A DNA stretch of 64,000 nt, taken from NCBI RefSeq assembly GCF_009914755.1, contig NC_060937.1. One strand, written 5' to 3'. The stretch comes from the human T2T-CHM13v2.0 reference genome, Homo sapiens. The notes below the pieces were generated by a model that worked only from the letters and a program-made list of their open reading frames with translations, had not been told where the DNA came from and did not search any database. The position numbers were made by a program, and so were the translations under genes. Below are positions 28,035-41,860 of this stretch, one piece after another (position 1 is the stretch's first letter; each line of letters starts with the position of its first letter).

Positions 28035-29381
28035 GTTTTGGTACCAAAACAGAGACATCCACCAACAGAACAGAACAGAGTCCTCAGAAATAATACCACA
28101 CATCTACAACCATCTGATCTATGACAAACCCGACAAAAACAAGAAATGGGGAAAGGATTCCCTATTTAACAAATGGTGCTGGGAAAACTGGCTAACCATA
28201 TGTAGAAAGCTGAAACTGGATCCCTTCCTTACACCTTATACAAAAATTAACTCAAGATGAATTAAAGACTTAAATGTTAGACCTAAAACCATAAAAACCC
28301 TAGAAGAGAACCTAGGCAATACCATTCAGGACATAGGCAAGGGAAATGACTTCATGTCTAAAACACCAAAAGCAATGGCAACACAAGCAAAAATTGACAA
28401 ATGGGATCTAATTAAACTAAAGAGCTTCTGCACAGCAAAAGAAACTACCATCAGAGTGAACAAGCAACCTACAGAATGGGAGAAAATTTTTGCAATCTAC
28501 TCATCTGACAAAGGGCTAATATCCAGAATCTACAAAGAACCCAAGCAAATTTACAAGAAAAAAACAAACAACCCCATCAAAAAGTGGGCAAAGGATATGA
28601 ACAGACACTTCTCAAAAGAAGACATTTATGCAGCCGAAAGACGCAAAAAAATGCTCATCATCACTGGCCATCAGAGAAATGCAAATCAAAACCACAATGA
28701 TACCGTCTTACACCAGTTAGAATGGCAATCATTAAAAAGTCAGGAAACAACAGGGGCTGGAGAGGATGTGGAGAAATAGGAACACTTTTACACTGTTGGT
28801 GGGACTGTAAACTAGTTCAACCATTGTGGAAGACAGTGTGGCGATTCCTCAAGGATCTAGAACTAGAAATACCATTTGACCCAGGCATCCCATTACTGGG
28901 TATATACCCAAAGGATTATAAATCATGCTGCTATAAAGATACATGCACATGTATGTTTATTGCAGCACCATTCACAATAGCAAAGACTTGGAACCAACCC
29001 AAATGTCCATCAATGATAGACAGGATTAAGAAAATGTGGCACATATACACCATGGAATACTATGCAGCCATAAAAAAGGATGAGTTGATGTCCTTTTTAG
29101 AGACATGGATGAAGCTGTAAACCATCATTCTCACAGACTATCGCAAGGACAAAAAACCAAACACTGCATGTTCTCACTCACAGGTGGGAATTGAACAATG
29201 AGAACACCTGGACACAGGAAGGGGAACATCACACACCAGGGCCTGTTGTGGGGTGGGGGGAGGGGGGAGGGATAGCATTAGGAGATATACATAATGTAAA
29301 TGACGAGTTAACGGGTGCAGCACACCAACATGGCACATGTATACATGTGCCCTAGAACTTAAAGTATAATAAATAAATAAA
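28035..29381 (+). mobile_element. 5'-truncated L1PA4/5 (ORF2 C-terminus plus 3'UTR)
   Basis: ORF2 peptides in the ORF track (WYQNRD..KWCWENW; [13 protein letters not shown]); G-rich 3'UTR; (TAAA) tail; 16-bp TSD taaatgcatttatcct at 28019-28034 and 29382-29397. Confidence 0.98.
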
Positions 29382-29619
29382 TAAATGCATTTATCCTCAT
29401 TCTTTTATGTTTAAAAATTAAAATCATTTAAAATTATACACGTTATTCTAACTACACCTTTCTCCACTACCCAGATAAGTTTTGATAAGTCATTTTCTAA
29501 ATGATCTGTTATGATTTTTTTCCTGAATAAACCCTTTTTAAAAATTGACCATAACTTCCTCTTTTAAAAAATTTTCTTGATAAAAATTTTATAGCGATGA
29601 GGCTTTTTGAAAAAAAATA

Positions 29620-30450
29620 TGACTTCAAATGACTCAAGAGGATATAGAAAACCCTAATGACTCTCTATACCTAAAGACATTAAGGAAGTATCAAAATTGT
29701 TCAGAATTGTACCTGGTGCAGAAAAATTAAAATATTTCATAGATGTGCTCATTCAAACCCTCCAAACCTGACATTTGTTTGTCATTGAAGTGTCCCGGCA
29801 TTCAAAAAGAAAGAAACCCCTTTGCCAAATCCCTCTAACTTTGAACAAAATCTAACAAAATGAGAATAGAATTATGAGAAAATGCTAGAGACAAATATCT
29901 CTATTTGTGAATGAAGTTGCAGAATTTCATAGTAATATATTACTGAAAAAATCTAAGCATACATGAAAATCCTAAGTGAAACATGAAAAGGAGAGTTAGC
30001 ATTTGAATGTTACTGTCATCAGAGAGCAAGTGTGACCAATATCATTATATTGATAAAAGTATGAAAAACAAAAAGAAACAATTTAAAAATGAGATAGAAT
30101 AATAGGGCTGATTAATTCAATATCAAGACCTAAAAATCAGTTGTGTTCTTATACCAGTGACTACTTAGACAATACAAAAATAAAATATTTTACTCAACAG
30201 CACAAAGAACGTAGAATACTCTAGGATAAACAAACCAAGGTATACATAAAAACTATATAAAAACAAGCAAATTATAAAACGAAAAGGGTTCACTCAATCA
30301 CTCACAAGATATAAAATAGTCTAGAATAAATGGACCAAGATATATATGAAAACTCTACAAGAACAAGCAAACTATAAAATATTCCTGGAAGAAGAAAATT
30401 TACATCAAATAAATGGAGGTTGATTCATATTTTTCTGGGAAAATATGTAT
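29620..30450 (+). mobile_element. Degraded old L1M ORF2
   Basis: A-rich ORF2-like text (aaaatcagttgtgttcttatacc; ctaggataaacaaaccaagg; agaataaatgga). Confidence 0.55.
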
Positions 30451-30499
30451 TGATTACATTTTTCAATATTGAACAAACGTCTCCACCTTTATTGCAATA

Positions 30500-31534
30500 T
30501 TATCACATTTATTTCAGTATACGCTAAGGTGCTCTAACAAATATCAACATCTAGTGACTTGAGTGAGAAAGTTTATTTCTCCTTAATCTATCAGTTGGGA
30601 GATGAGAGACTCAGAGATGTTAAGGTGATTCTGTTAACTTTAGCATGTAGCTTCCAAATTTGCTGTAGTTTTTGTAATTTCCTAGTAAGCCAGAAGGAGG
30701 AAATAGGCTTACTAGGAAGCCTATTTCCTAGTAAGAAATATTTAATGAGATGCATTAGAATTTGCACACATCTCATTGGCGGAACTTAGTCACATTGACA
30801 CATCTGGGTGCCAGGGAGGCCAGGAAATGAAATCTGTAACTATTCAAAAACAGGGTGGAATGCTTAAAAGCAAATCAACTCAAAACTTACTGACTGAAAA
30901 CATCAGCAATCATATTATTCACTTCCAATCTTTCAGAGGATCAGGGATTTAGGAAGGGTTCTTACTAGGTGATTGTGGCTCAGCCTCTCTCAAGTTGTGG
31001 TTAGAAGGTCTCTGGAGGTAGCATAGAGCTGTAGGTTAGTGGAGCAGCTGGTGGCTGGCCAGACATTTCTCTTGTTATCTTTCAACTTTTCCATGTGGTC
31101 TCTTCACATGGACCATTTGGTGTTTTCTTCCTGCAAGGCAGTCCCTGGGGAATTAGACTGCTTACAAAGCAAGTCCAGGCTCCTTAGGACTGACTCCCTA
31201 GGAATAGAGTTGTGTTCATTACAGGGAATGAGATACAAACTTCATTGCCTTAAGATGGTACTGTAAGGAGGCTTACAGAAGTCACCGAGTGTCATTTCCA
31301 TTGTATTCTACCAGTCAATACAGAAAAAGCCCACCAGATTCAAGAGAAGGCATAGAATGCACCTTTTAATGGAAGAGTATACAAAAAAATTGGGTTGTAT
31401 TTGAAAATTGCCATGCTTACTAAAAGGAAGAATGAGAGAACACAAGTTGAGAAATGTCTATCAGTCTCTGTCCATGCACCTCTGACTTTCTAAGTCTGTA
31501 AACATATACCCTGGTCCCCATACAAAAAAAAACA

Positions 31535-31579
<45 letters not shown>

Positions 31580-33140
31580 CTCTGTCTCTCTCTCTTTCTC
31601 TTTCTCTCTTTTCAGAAAGGTAATTCAAGGTTCCACTCATCTTTTGCATTCCGTTCAAAGACAAAAATCCATGGGTAAGGCTGCTTTCTTTGCATTAATT
31701 TCAAGAATGAGTTTTAGGGATTGGGAAAATAATAATATCAAAGAAAAACACAGTCTGTTCAGGGAAGATTAAGAATTAAAAAGCTTAAATAATAAGCAAA
31801 CTATTGTTTGGAAAAGAGAAGGTTTGAAAACACTCAGTTGTCCATCACAGGTATCAAATCTTACTTGGCAGAAGACTCCTTACCCCAGAGGAGGTAGGTT
31901 GATTGGTTAATCCTGTGTTGCCATCAACCCTGATCCTTCTCTCAAGAAGCAACTTCCTTTTCACTGTCCTTCATGGCTCTTGTTTGAGCCATGTCCTTCG
32001 CAAGTCCTTCCTTGACCATTATACTAATGGTCACTCTTTCAGTGAATAATGGAGAAATTCAAGACTATGGAAGTTTGACAATCCAGAGCTGCCTTGGAGT
32101 TGGAACAATCATAGGCTTCTCTTATTGGTTTGTAATTTATTGACCAACATTACTCCTGCCAAAATTCAGTACTCTCTGGTCAACTTGCTTCCAGCTAGTT
32201 GTATGTGAAATAAACAATCCCAAAGAGCTCTTTTGCCTAAACTTGTTCAATCTCTTCTTAGATTGGATGGCTTCTGAGCTTAGTTTATTATCCCGCTATG
32301 TCCTATAATGGGGACTCCCTTCAGGCATCTGGAACCATAAATTTATGTGGTAAGGCAACACTCTTAATCTCTTCTTTGCTTCCGGCCTGCCTTTTGGCAG
32401 TAATCTTAATTCCTGCTGTTTGAATTCAGAAGCAGTTGTAACTTTTAACCTATTAATGCCTCAAATTTCTGGCCATTCAATCAGTTAGAATTCCAGTTCA
32501 TTTCCAGGGACAGGATCTCCCTTAAGCACAGCTAATTTCCTTTCCATTTTTGCTTACAAACTGGCCAATCTGTGGCTGAATGTCTCTTCACTATATATTA
32601 CTAAAAGCAGTGAGGAGCAGCCATCACAAATTAACATTCTGCATTTTCTCAATCAATTTCCTTCAGGCTACAGCCATAGTAAGTAATGAATCTAACTTCT
32701 AGGTGATTGCCAGCAAGTGTTCTGCAGATAGGTTCCCTGGTCATAAAATGGGTGACCAAGTTTCAGGACTATAATAATGTCTGTGTCCTTTCTAGTTTTT
32801 AAGCTATTCTTGAGACAACTCCTTTTATTCCAGGTTTTTTGTCAGTATATTATATTCCAGAATGCAATTCTATTTGTAAGGTTTGGGGCTAAGATGGTAG
32901 AAAAATATTCAATCATATCCTATCTTAAATGAAAGAGAAGTTTGTATTTCTCTCAAGTATCAAAACAAAAATGAATGATCTAGGGAAATATATTTTTTAA
33001 AAATGACTTAGGAGTTGTACCCACCAGTTACACTCACTTTCCTTGTCACTAATTTAATCACATAGCCACAATAAGTTGCAAGGGTAGGCAGCTAAGATTC
33101 AGCTAACATTTTGGGGCTTCTGTTGAAAATGGAAGAAGAG
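30500..33140 (-). mobile_element. Old MLT1 LTR fragments and MaLR internal sequence
   Basis: ctcattggcggaacttagtcacat; aactcaaaacttactgactgaaaac; gcccaccagattcaagagaagg; cacatagccacaataagttgcaaggg. Composite, approximate. Confidence 0.55.
31536..31612. repeat. (CA)21 followed by a (CT)-rich tract
   Basis: Direct reading. Confidence 0.97.
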
Positions 33141-33511
33141 AAAAAATGAGTAATGAGAGATATCTAGAGGTTTTCATGACATCCAGATACATAAGTAACA
33201 TCCTTTTTTGTTTGTCTTTTGTTTTGTTTTGTTTTGAGAACTTAAATCATTCTAACATTGACCTGGAATAAGCAACATATGAAAATAATTATAGAATTCC
33301 TAAAAACAAAAAGAACAGAGTTGGAGACAGTATTGGAAAAGGAATTTACCATAAAAGATATTTCAGTGTATGAAAAAATTAAAACGGTATGTTCCTAGTG
33401 CAGGAATAAACAAAAAGCTTAAAGGTTATAAGGCAGAAACATATTTCATCATTTGTAAAAAGCATAGCATATGATAAACATGTTTCAAATCATTAGTGGA
33501 TTTATTAATAA

Positions 33512-33877
<366 letters not shown>

Positions 33878-34148
33878 TCCAAAAGTTCTAATTGAATATA
33901 TAGTTGAATATCTGAATAATCATAGAGTAGAGAGAAATTTTGTAAAGGTGATAACAAAGATAAAAACCATAAAGGATAATATTGATATAAATAATTAACA
34001 AACTTTGCGAGTAAAATAGTCACCATAAGCCTTATTAAAATGCAAGTGGAAATCTGGGAAATCCATGTAATTTGTATCATATAAAAATGATTTACATTGT
34101 TAAAGAAAGTACAGTTATTACCAATGAATGATGAAAGGCTGAACACTA

Positions 34149-34512
34149 TGTATTAGTCCATTTTCATATTGCTATGAGGAAGTGCCTGAGACTGGGTAAT
34201 TTATAAAGAAAAAAGATTTAATGGATTCACAGTTCCATAAGGCTGCCATATGGCAGAAGGTGATGGCAGAAGGTGAAGGAGCAGCAAAGGCATGTCTTAT
34301 GTGGCGGCAACTATGTGAGTGGGTGCAGGGGAGCTGCCCTTTATCAAACCATTCGATCTTGTGAGACTTATTCACTATCAGGAGAACAGCATGGGAAAAA
34401 CCCACCCTCATGATTTAATTACCTTCCACCGGGTTCCTCCAAGGACATGCAGAGATTATGGGAGCTACAATTCAAGATGAGTTTTGGGTGGGAGCACAGG
34501 CAAACCATATCA
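34149..34512 (-). mobile_element. THE1C/D solo LTR
   Basis: tgtattagtccattttcat ... caaaccatatca; 5-bp TSD cacta/cactg; internal 13-bp duplication atggcagaaggtg. Confidence 0.93.
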
Positions 34513-34868
34513 CACTGTTATGAAATAATGGCCAAGGATATAAATAACAAAAGGATATACAGAATGTTCTGGAAACTTTTGAAAAATGTAAAATCCTACT
34601 AGTTATCAAAGTACCAATTAAAACAATGAGACCATTTCTCAATTAACAGGAGATAACCAATTGAAATGTCTACCATTGGAAAGTTATGGCAAAATGACAG
34701 CATTCATGTGCTGCCACAGGAAGTTTAATAATTTTTATACAACATGGCAATATATATCAAAATCCTTCAAATATTTATACTATCTTAATGATCAATCACA
34801 ACTCTTTGAGAGTTATAAAAATGAACAGAATTATGCACATTTATAAAAACATACATGTAAGAATGTTC

Positions 34869-35253
<385 letters not shown>

Positions 35254-35642
35254 TTAAATTCTTGACACCATTAAAATTTGTGCATGTGCATATTTGTTTA
35301 CACAAAATGATGCTAACATTTTTAAGTGAAAAAATTACATTATGTGAAATGTACATGTATACACACCTGTATACGTATTCATGAAAAAAATATATATTTA
35401 TATATTTTTTCTCTAAGATAATCAATGTTTGAGAAAGTTTATGGATTAGGGAAAAATAATCAAATTAACTAGCTGAATTAGGTTAAAAATGGTCTTGTTT
35501 TTATATATATTTATGTTTATATATGTTTGTTTTTACATATGTATGTGTATATATATTAGTATATGTGTGTAATGTACCCATAAAAATTAAAAATCACAAA
35601 ATTTTAAAAAAGTATATATTTACTTATTTAAAACAAATATGA

Positions 35643-35975
<333 letters not shown>

Positions 35976-37265
35976 CAATGCTACATTTTTTACCATTTTA
36001 TAGTTTGGCTAAGGTTAATGCATGTCATTGTATTCTATTGTATCCATCTTCGATTTGAAATGTGAAAAGTATGCCATCTAGTTAAATGAAAGCTTGATAC
36101 CCTAATGTAACAAGCTTGAACATCAGAAATCAGCTAAAATCTTTTATGTGACAATTGGCTCACAAATGTCTGTCTGGGCAGATGGTGTTGGTTTTAAAAG
36201 AAAGACATAGTTTGCCTGGAGAATTTCAGAGAAATCTGGGCATCATTTTCAGATTCTGGTAAAGGAGAAAGGTGTCATTTTCTTGACAGCCCCAGCGGTT
36301 TCCCTGTTACTGTTTGCATGACAGATGCCATGAACAGATTGATGTGTAAAGAAAGGCAAAGTACAAGAAAAGCATACATTAAAACTCATTAGCTAGAGAT
36401 AGATATTTTCTGCAGGGAGCCACTCAGTAGCATTTTTTTGATGTATAGAGAATGTTTAACATTCTTAATATATGTGCTTTTAAATGTGCTGGGACTAGAT
36501 TTACATATGTGGTGCTTGCCTAAATGGGAAGGGAAACATGTGGCTCGATGACAAATAGACTTCTATGAACACATAGCAGAAATGAATCAGTCTAAAATAC
36601 AGCTTCCAATATAAAATGCACTTTATTATTTCATTTATTTATTCTCTTTGCCTAGGATTGTGGAACTAAACCTAATCATGGGACTATCCACTATTATAAA
36701 AAAGAAAGAAACAAAAACAGAAAATGCAAGCATCCACAAACATATAACATTTTGAAGAAAAAGAATTGAAAGCCACATTACTTTTGTGTTCTCATAAACT
36801 CTTACGTTTTATTATTTTTCCAGAATGTGAAACCTAAGAATGTCTGATCAATTTATGAAAGTAAAAGAGTACTTTTTGCTAAGGTTATTGTGTCATTGAC
36901 TGAAGATACTGTTAAGGATATTTTCTTTGCTGGGTAAAGAACTGGAGAAATAATTCTTACCTATTAAGCTGAAGAACAGTTGTTCACATTTACAAATTTA
37001 TAGATTTCTGGTACCTACACAGTACTTGAATGGGTATTTCAGTCACGATATGAATCAATTTCCTTGATGCTAATAGTGATATTCCCATGTCAGTCAACAT
37101 AAGCACTGTTCAGAAGCCTAGTGCCCTGCTTAAAGTCAGCTTGTCACTCCATAATAAAGGTAGTCACAAGTGCTAGGTCTGCAAAGGGCCATGAGACTGT
37201 AGCCCTGGCAAGTCAGGGAGGGAGAAATGTTAAAAATGCTGGGCTTCATTCACCACACACAAAAC

Positions 37266-37722
37266 AAGGAAGGAGGGAAGGAAGGAAGGAAGAAAGGAAG
37301 GAAGGGAGGGAGGGAGGGAGGGAGGGAGGGAGGGAGGGAAGAAAAGGAGGGAAGGGAGGCAAGGGGAGGGAAAGGGAGGGAGGAAGGAAGGGAGGGAAGG
37401 GTGGGAAAGGGAGGGAAAGGGAGGGAGGAAGGAAGGAAGGAAGGGATGGAGGGAGGGAGGAAGGAAAAGGAAGGAAGGAAGGCAAGAAAGGAAGAGAGGA
37501 AGGGAGAAGAAAAGGAAGGAAGGAAGAAAAGGAAGGAAGGGAGGAAGGGAGGGACGGAGGGAGGAAGGGAGGGAGGAAGGAAGGGAGGGAGGGAAGAAAA
37601 GGAAGGAAAAAAGGAAAGAAGGAAGGATGGAAAGAAGGGAAGAAGGGGAAAAGAAAAGGAAAGAAAACAAAGAAAAGAAGAAAGAAAAGAATATAAGATT
37701 AAAAAAGAAAATAAAAAAGAAA
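37266..37722 (+). repeat. About 450-bp polypurine (GGAA/GGGA/GAAA) tract
   Basis: Almost pure A/G on the plus strand. Confidence 0.98.
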
Positions 37723-38239
37723 GCTCCTGTGAAGAATTTCTACAAATTATTTATAGAAATAGATCAGCTACAATCTTAGATTGTCTAAGGTAAATATTAA
37801 TGCACAATAACAGAGAGTAAAATGATCTTCATCTTCTTTGCTCCCATTCTGAATATTATTCTCCTTAGTGAAAAAAATGGAAGCTCAGTAATGCATGCTT
37901 ATTTCTGCTTTTTCTCTGTCTTTTAACATCATACCACTTTATCCAGGCAATGAATGCATCATTCTTTGTAAGCATTTCAAGATACCGCCTCCAAGTCTGT
38001 GCCTTCATGGAAAACTGCCGGTCTTCCTCTAAGTATTGCTTCTCTTAGTTCTACTAGGCAGGGGAGGTCTGTAATCCTGCATCCTACGCACCATGTCCCA
38101 CAGATCACATTATAGTTCTCATAACTGTCCGTGTGATTTCTCAGTCACAACTTCCCAGTCATGCATAACAGCTTCCATTTATGAGGCTCATTTCACCTAG
38201 GTGTGACATCCTAAAATACCTCAGTGCTCCCACTTAACA

Positions 38240-38830
38240 CTATTTTGGCTATTTCCTTGTTCATTATGGAATTTGGCACATGGCCAAATTCTTGTGGATG
38301 TGCATGAGTTTGATTCAGGAATCCAAAATTGTTTAACCTTCTCAACACCAACAACCTTCACCATCAATCAGTTTCAGTCATTTGTTCCTATGTCCTCACC
38401 TTGAACATTTAGTCCTAATGACTGATCTAATTTGAATATTTATATGAAAATGACCACAGTCACCTGTTTTTTTTTTTGTTTGTTTGTTTTGTTTTTTGTG
38501 CCTTACTCTCCTACACACATCCTTGGATGTTATTCTACTATCTTGACCCAGGAGTTCACCTTATAACTTCATTGGTCACTTCCTTTATTGCTTCATTTCC
38601 TTCCTGAACTTTCAGCTAAAGTTCTACTACCTTGCTCTTGTTTTTCTGAAATTACCTCCCTGAAAACCCACAGCACTTGCCAACTCTAGTACTTTTGGAC
38701 AACTTAAAGTAGACCTATGAGATCAAATAATCATATATTTTGGGTGTCACTAAAAAATAATTTCAACCTCCTTTGGGTCCACAATACTTATCAGCAATCT
38801 CTAGCCAATCTACTCTATTTAGCAGCTATT
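38240..38830 (+). mobile_element. L2 fragments
   Basis: Pyrimidine-rich degraded L2-like text. Approximate. Confidence 0.45.
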
Positions 38831-38904
38831 TTATTGAGGGCCTTCTAATGAAAAGAAATAGAAATAAGATATCTAATGGCTCATGTATTTGAAAAGTATG
38901 GGCA

Positions 38905-39074
38905 ATGTCAACCTTTAGCATTCATGAGAATATCCCCTTCAGGGCTTATTAAAATTAAAACAAAATGTTGGGCTCCATTCCAGAGTTTCTTATTCAGTAG
39001 GTCCAGGATAGGGACTGGCAATTTAAATTTCCAATAAGTTTCCAGAGGTGGGAACCATACTTTAAGAACCACTG
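38905..39074 (+). mobile_element. MER5A (hAT-Charlie)
   Basis: gggctccattccagagtttcttattcagtaggtc...accatactttaagaaccactg. Confidence 0.85.
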
Positions 39075-39889
39075 GTCTAGGCATAGAATTCTCTTCAAAC
39101 ATGATTGAATACAGTTGTTCAGAGAAATCATAAGAATACATCTTTATATTCTTTTATATTCTCTGTGTGTGTGTATTTGTGTGTCCTGTGTGTGTATGTG
39201 ATTCATTTTCTAGGCAATGTCTTGTCTCATGACAGAAAAAATAAGTGGTTCCAACAGTTCTAGGATTAAATGTTCTTTTTAACTCAGGCTCCTAGAGGAA
39301 AAAGACTGTCGTTTACCATACTTTTATAAGACTTCTGGGAAAGAAGCTGGAAGGAGTTAGTCAAACCAGTTGACTTATATCACTAGGGATCAGGACAGGA
39401 GAGGGCCCACAAAAAAAGATGTTGATTAAATTGATATCTTCTGCAGTATGTTTGATTTCCTTATGATGCTCCTAAAACACTCTCACACTGATGCCTCTCC
39501 TTCTCTTAGTAAAGGATCTTACCAATGATTTAACAAAAATCGCTCTGATTATAAAGCAAGCCATCACTCACCTCTTGACTCAAATGTAATAAAAACATAT
39601 GTTTAGGATCTGCAGAGTACGTCTAGCAAAACAAACAAATTAAGAAAATATTTGAGAGGAAATGAAAAAGAGTTGAGAAGTACGGACTGAATACCAAAAA
39701 TAAATAAATGAATAAATAAATAAATAAATTGAGGTTGTTTACTCTGGATTCAGAAAATTATTGGGACACATGATCTATCCTCACCCCTTTTAATTTGTGA
39801 GGAAAATGTTTTATTTTCATAACACTAATGCCGCAAAAGGAGCTTTTGTTTGCAAAGAGAATTTTATTAATCAATTTCCCTTCATAGTT

Positions 39890-40530
39890 CTCTATTTGTA
39901 ACCCTTATGTTCTTTAACAACTTTTAATATGCCTATAACTTCAGTCACATCTATTAAATTTATCATATGGAATTGGGTGTTTATGACTTCAATCAAAAAT
40001 TAGCTTACACCAAACTGCTCTTTTTAAAAATTAAATGCCATGTTGACATTTACACAGCAATATTCATTTCTTTTATCTTTTTAAAGGCTGAGTACCATTT
40101 TATTCTATAAATTACAGCTTAAATTATTTAAGCATTTCCTAGTGGTTGAATATTTATATTGTTTCCACTATTGTGTCACCACCAATGTCACAAATGACAT
40201 CTTTATTTATATTTTCACATTTATCTGTTTATTTCCATAGTATACTAAATATGGAATTGCTGTGTCAGAGGATGTGCTTTTTAAGGCCTTTGACTAATGA
40301 GCCTTCTAGAATGACCACACAATTTTACTGGAAGCTTGAGTGCTCATGGTATCACCTATCTGTCCACACTGGGTATTACCCTTCTATTAATGTTGGCTAA
40401 TTTGCTAGGCGTAAATTATCCCTTGGCGTTAATTTATTTTACATATCTTTTCACATTTGTGTGGCTGAAACATTTTTCAAATGCTGCTTGCAATTTGTGA
40501 TTCTACTTGGCCCTTTTGTTCACTTGGGGT
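39890..40530 (-). mobile_element. L1ME fragment
   Basis: ttttaaaggctgagtaccatttt; ggaattgctgtgtcagaggatgtgc; ggctgaaacatttttcaaatgc. Confidence 0.65.
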
Positions 40531-40592
40531 GTTCCTAATAACCAAAATTGATAACACTTATTGAGGCTTGTAATATACCAGGTTTGTCCTAG

Positions 40593-40926
<334 letters not shown>

Positions 40927-41289
40927 TTTACAAGCATTATTAATATTTCATTGACTCATCACAACAACCTTATGTATATGTACTGTGATTATTCAAATTT
41001 TTGGCAATCCAAGAGTAGACACATTAACTTATTTTCCAAATGTCATACCGTAAGTTTCAAATAAAGCCAGAACTCAGGCATAGATCTTCCTAAGAACAAA
41101 AGCATCTGCCCCTTATCATTCTGTTGACTTTTAAATTCCATATCCTTATTTCCCACTACTTCTGCATTTCTGTAGGCATTCTTTATATTTCACAGGCAGT
41201 ATTAAGGAAATCTTCTTTGATTCTCGTCTTACAGGACTCAGCACTATCATGCATGATACATCTATATAGATCTTTTTATAACAGAAATT

Positions 41290-41860
41290 TAATTCTGATT
41301 CTCCTTGAGTTAAAATCCCTTCAACTGCTCCACATTCCCACACAGAAAAACCCAAACTCTTTAACAAGTTTACAAGTTCTTCCATGGTCTGGCACCCAGT
41401 TAGCTACTTCTCTAGCCTTGTCAACTGCAGGAAACTGCTTTCTCAATATTACTCATTCTATTCTCCAACATAATAAAGCAGCTTACATTCATGTTTTATG
41501 GCCCTCAGTGCAAATGTTCAAACTTGCTTTGATTAAAAGACTCATAACCCTGACCTAACCCACCAACCAACCCCAACACATATACTCCTAATTCTACTGA
41601 TATCTCTTTCATCAAACATGCCAACAACCTGCTCTCTAAAGCTTTTCATGTATTATCCTCTCTGTTGACCCCCAAGCTCACTTCCTCTTACTGTCTGACT
41701 CTACTACTTCATATCTAAAACACTTAATTTAATATTTTTGTCAGTCTCACTATATTTGACTTTGATTTTAAATAAAAGAGATACTGTTCTATTCATTCCA
41801 TATCCTGCATTCCTAGAAAAATGTCTGTGCATATTAGTACTTTTCTTTTTTTTATTTTGC
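41290..41860 (+). mobile_element. L2 fragments
   Basis: ttaaaatcccttcaactgctccacattcc..aaacccaaactcttta. Confidence 0.6.

Noticed and set aside
27961-29120. Three consecutive ORFs resembling a gene
   Set aside because: Broken L1 ORF2 C-terminus with a stop and a frameshift.
37121-37793. Longest ORFs in the window (191, 188 and 146 aa; G/R/K/E or P/S/F/L rich)
   Set aside because: Open only because a purine-only tract has no stop codons.
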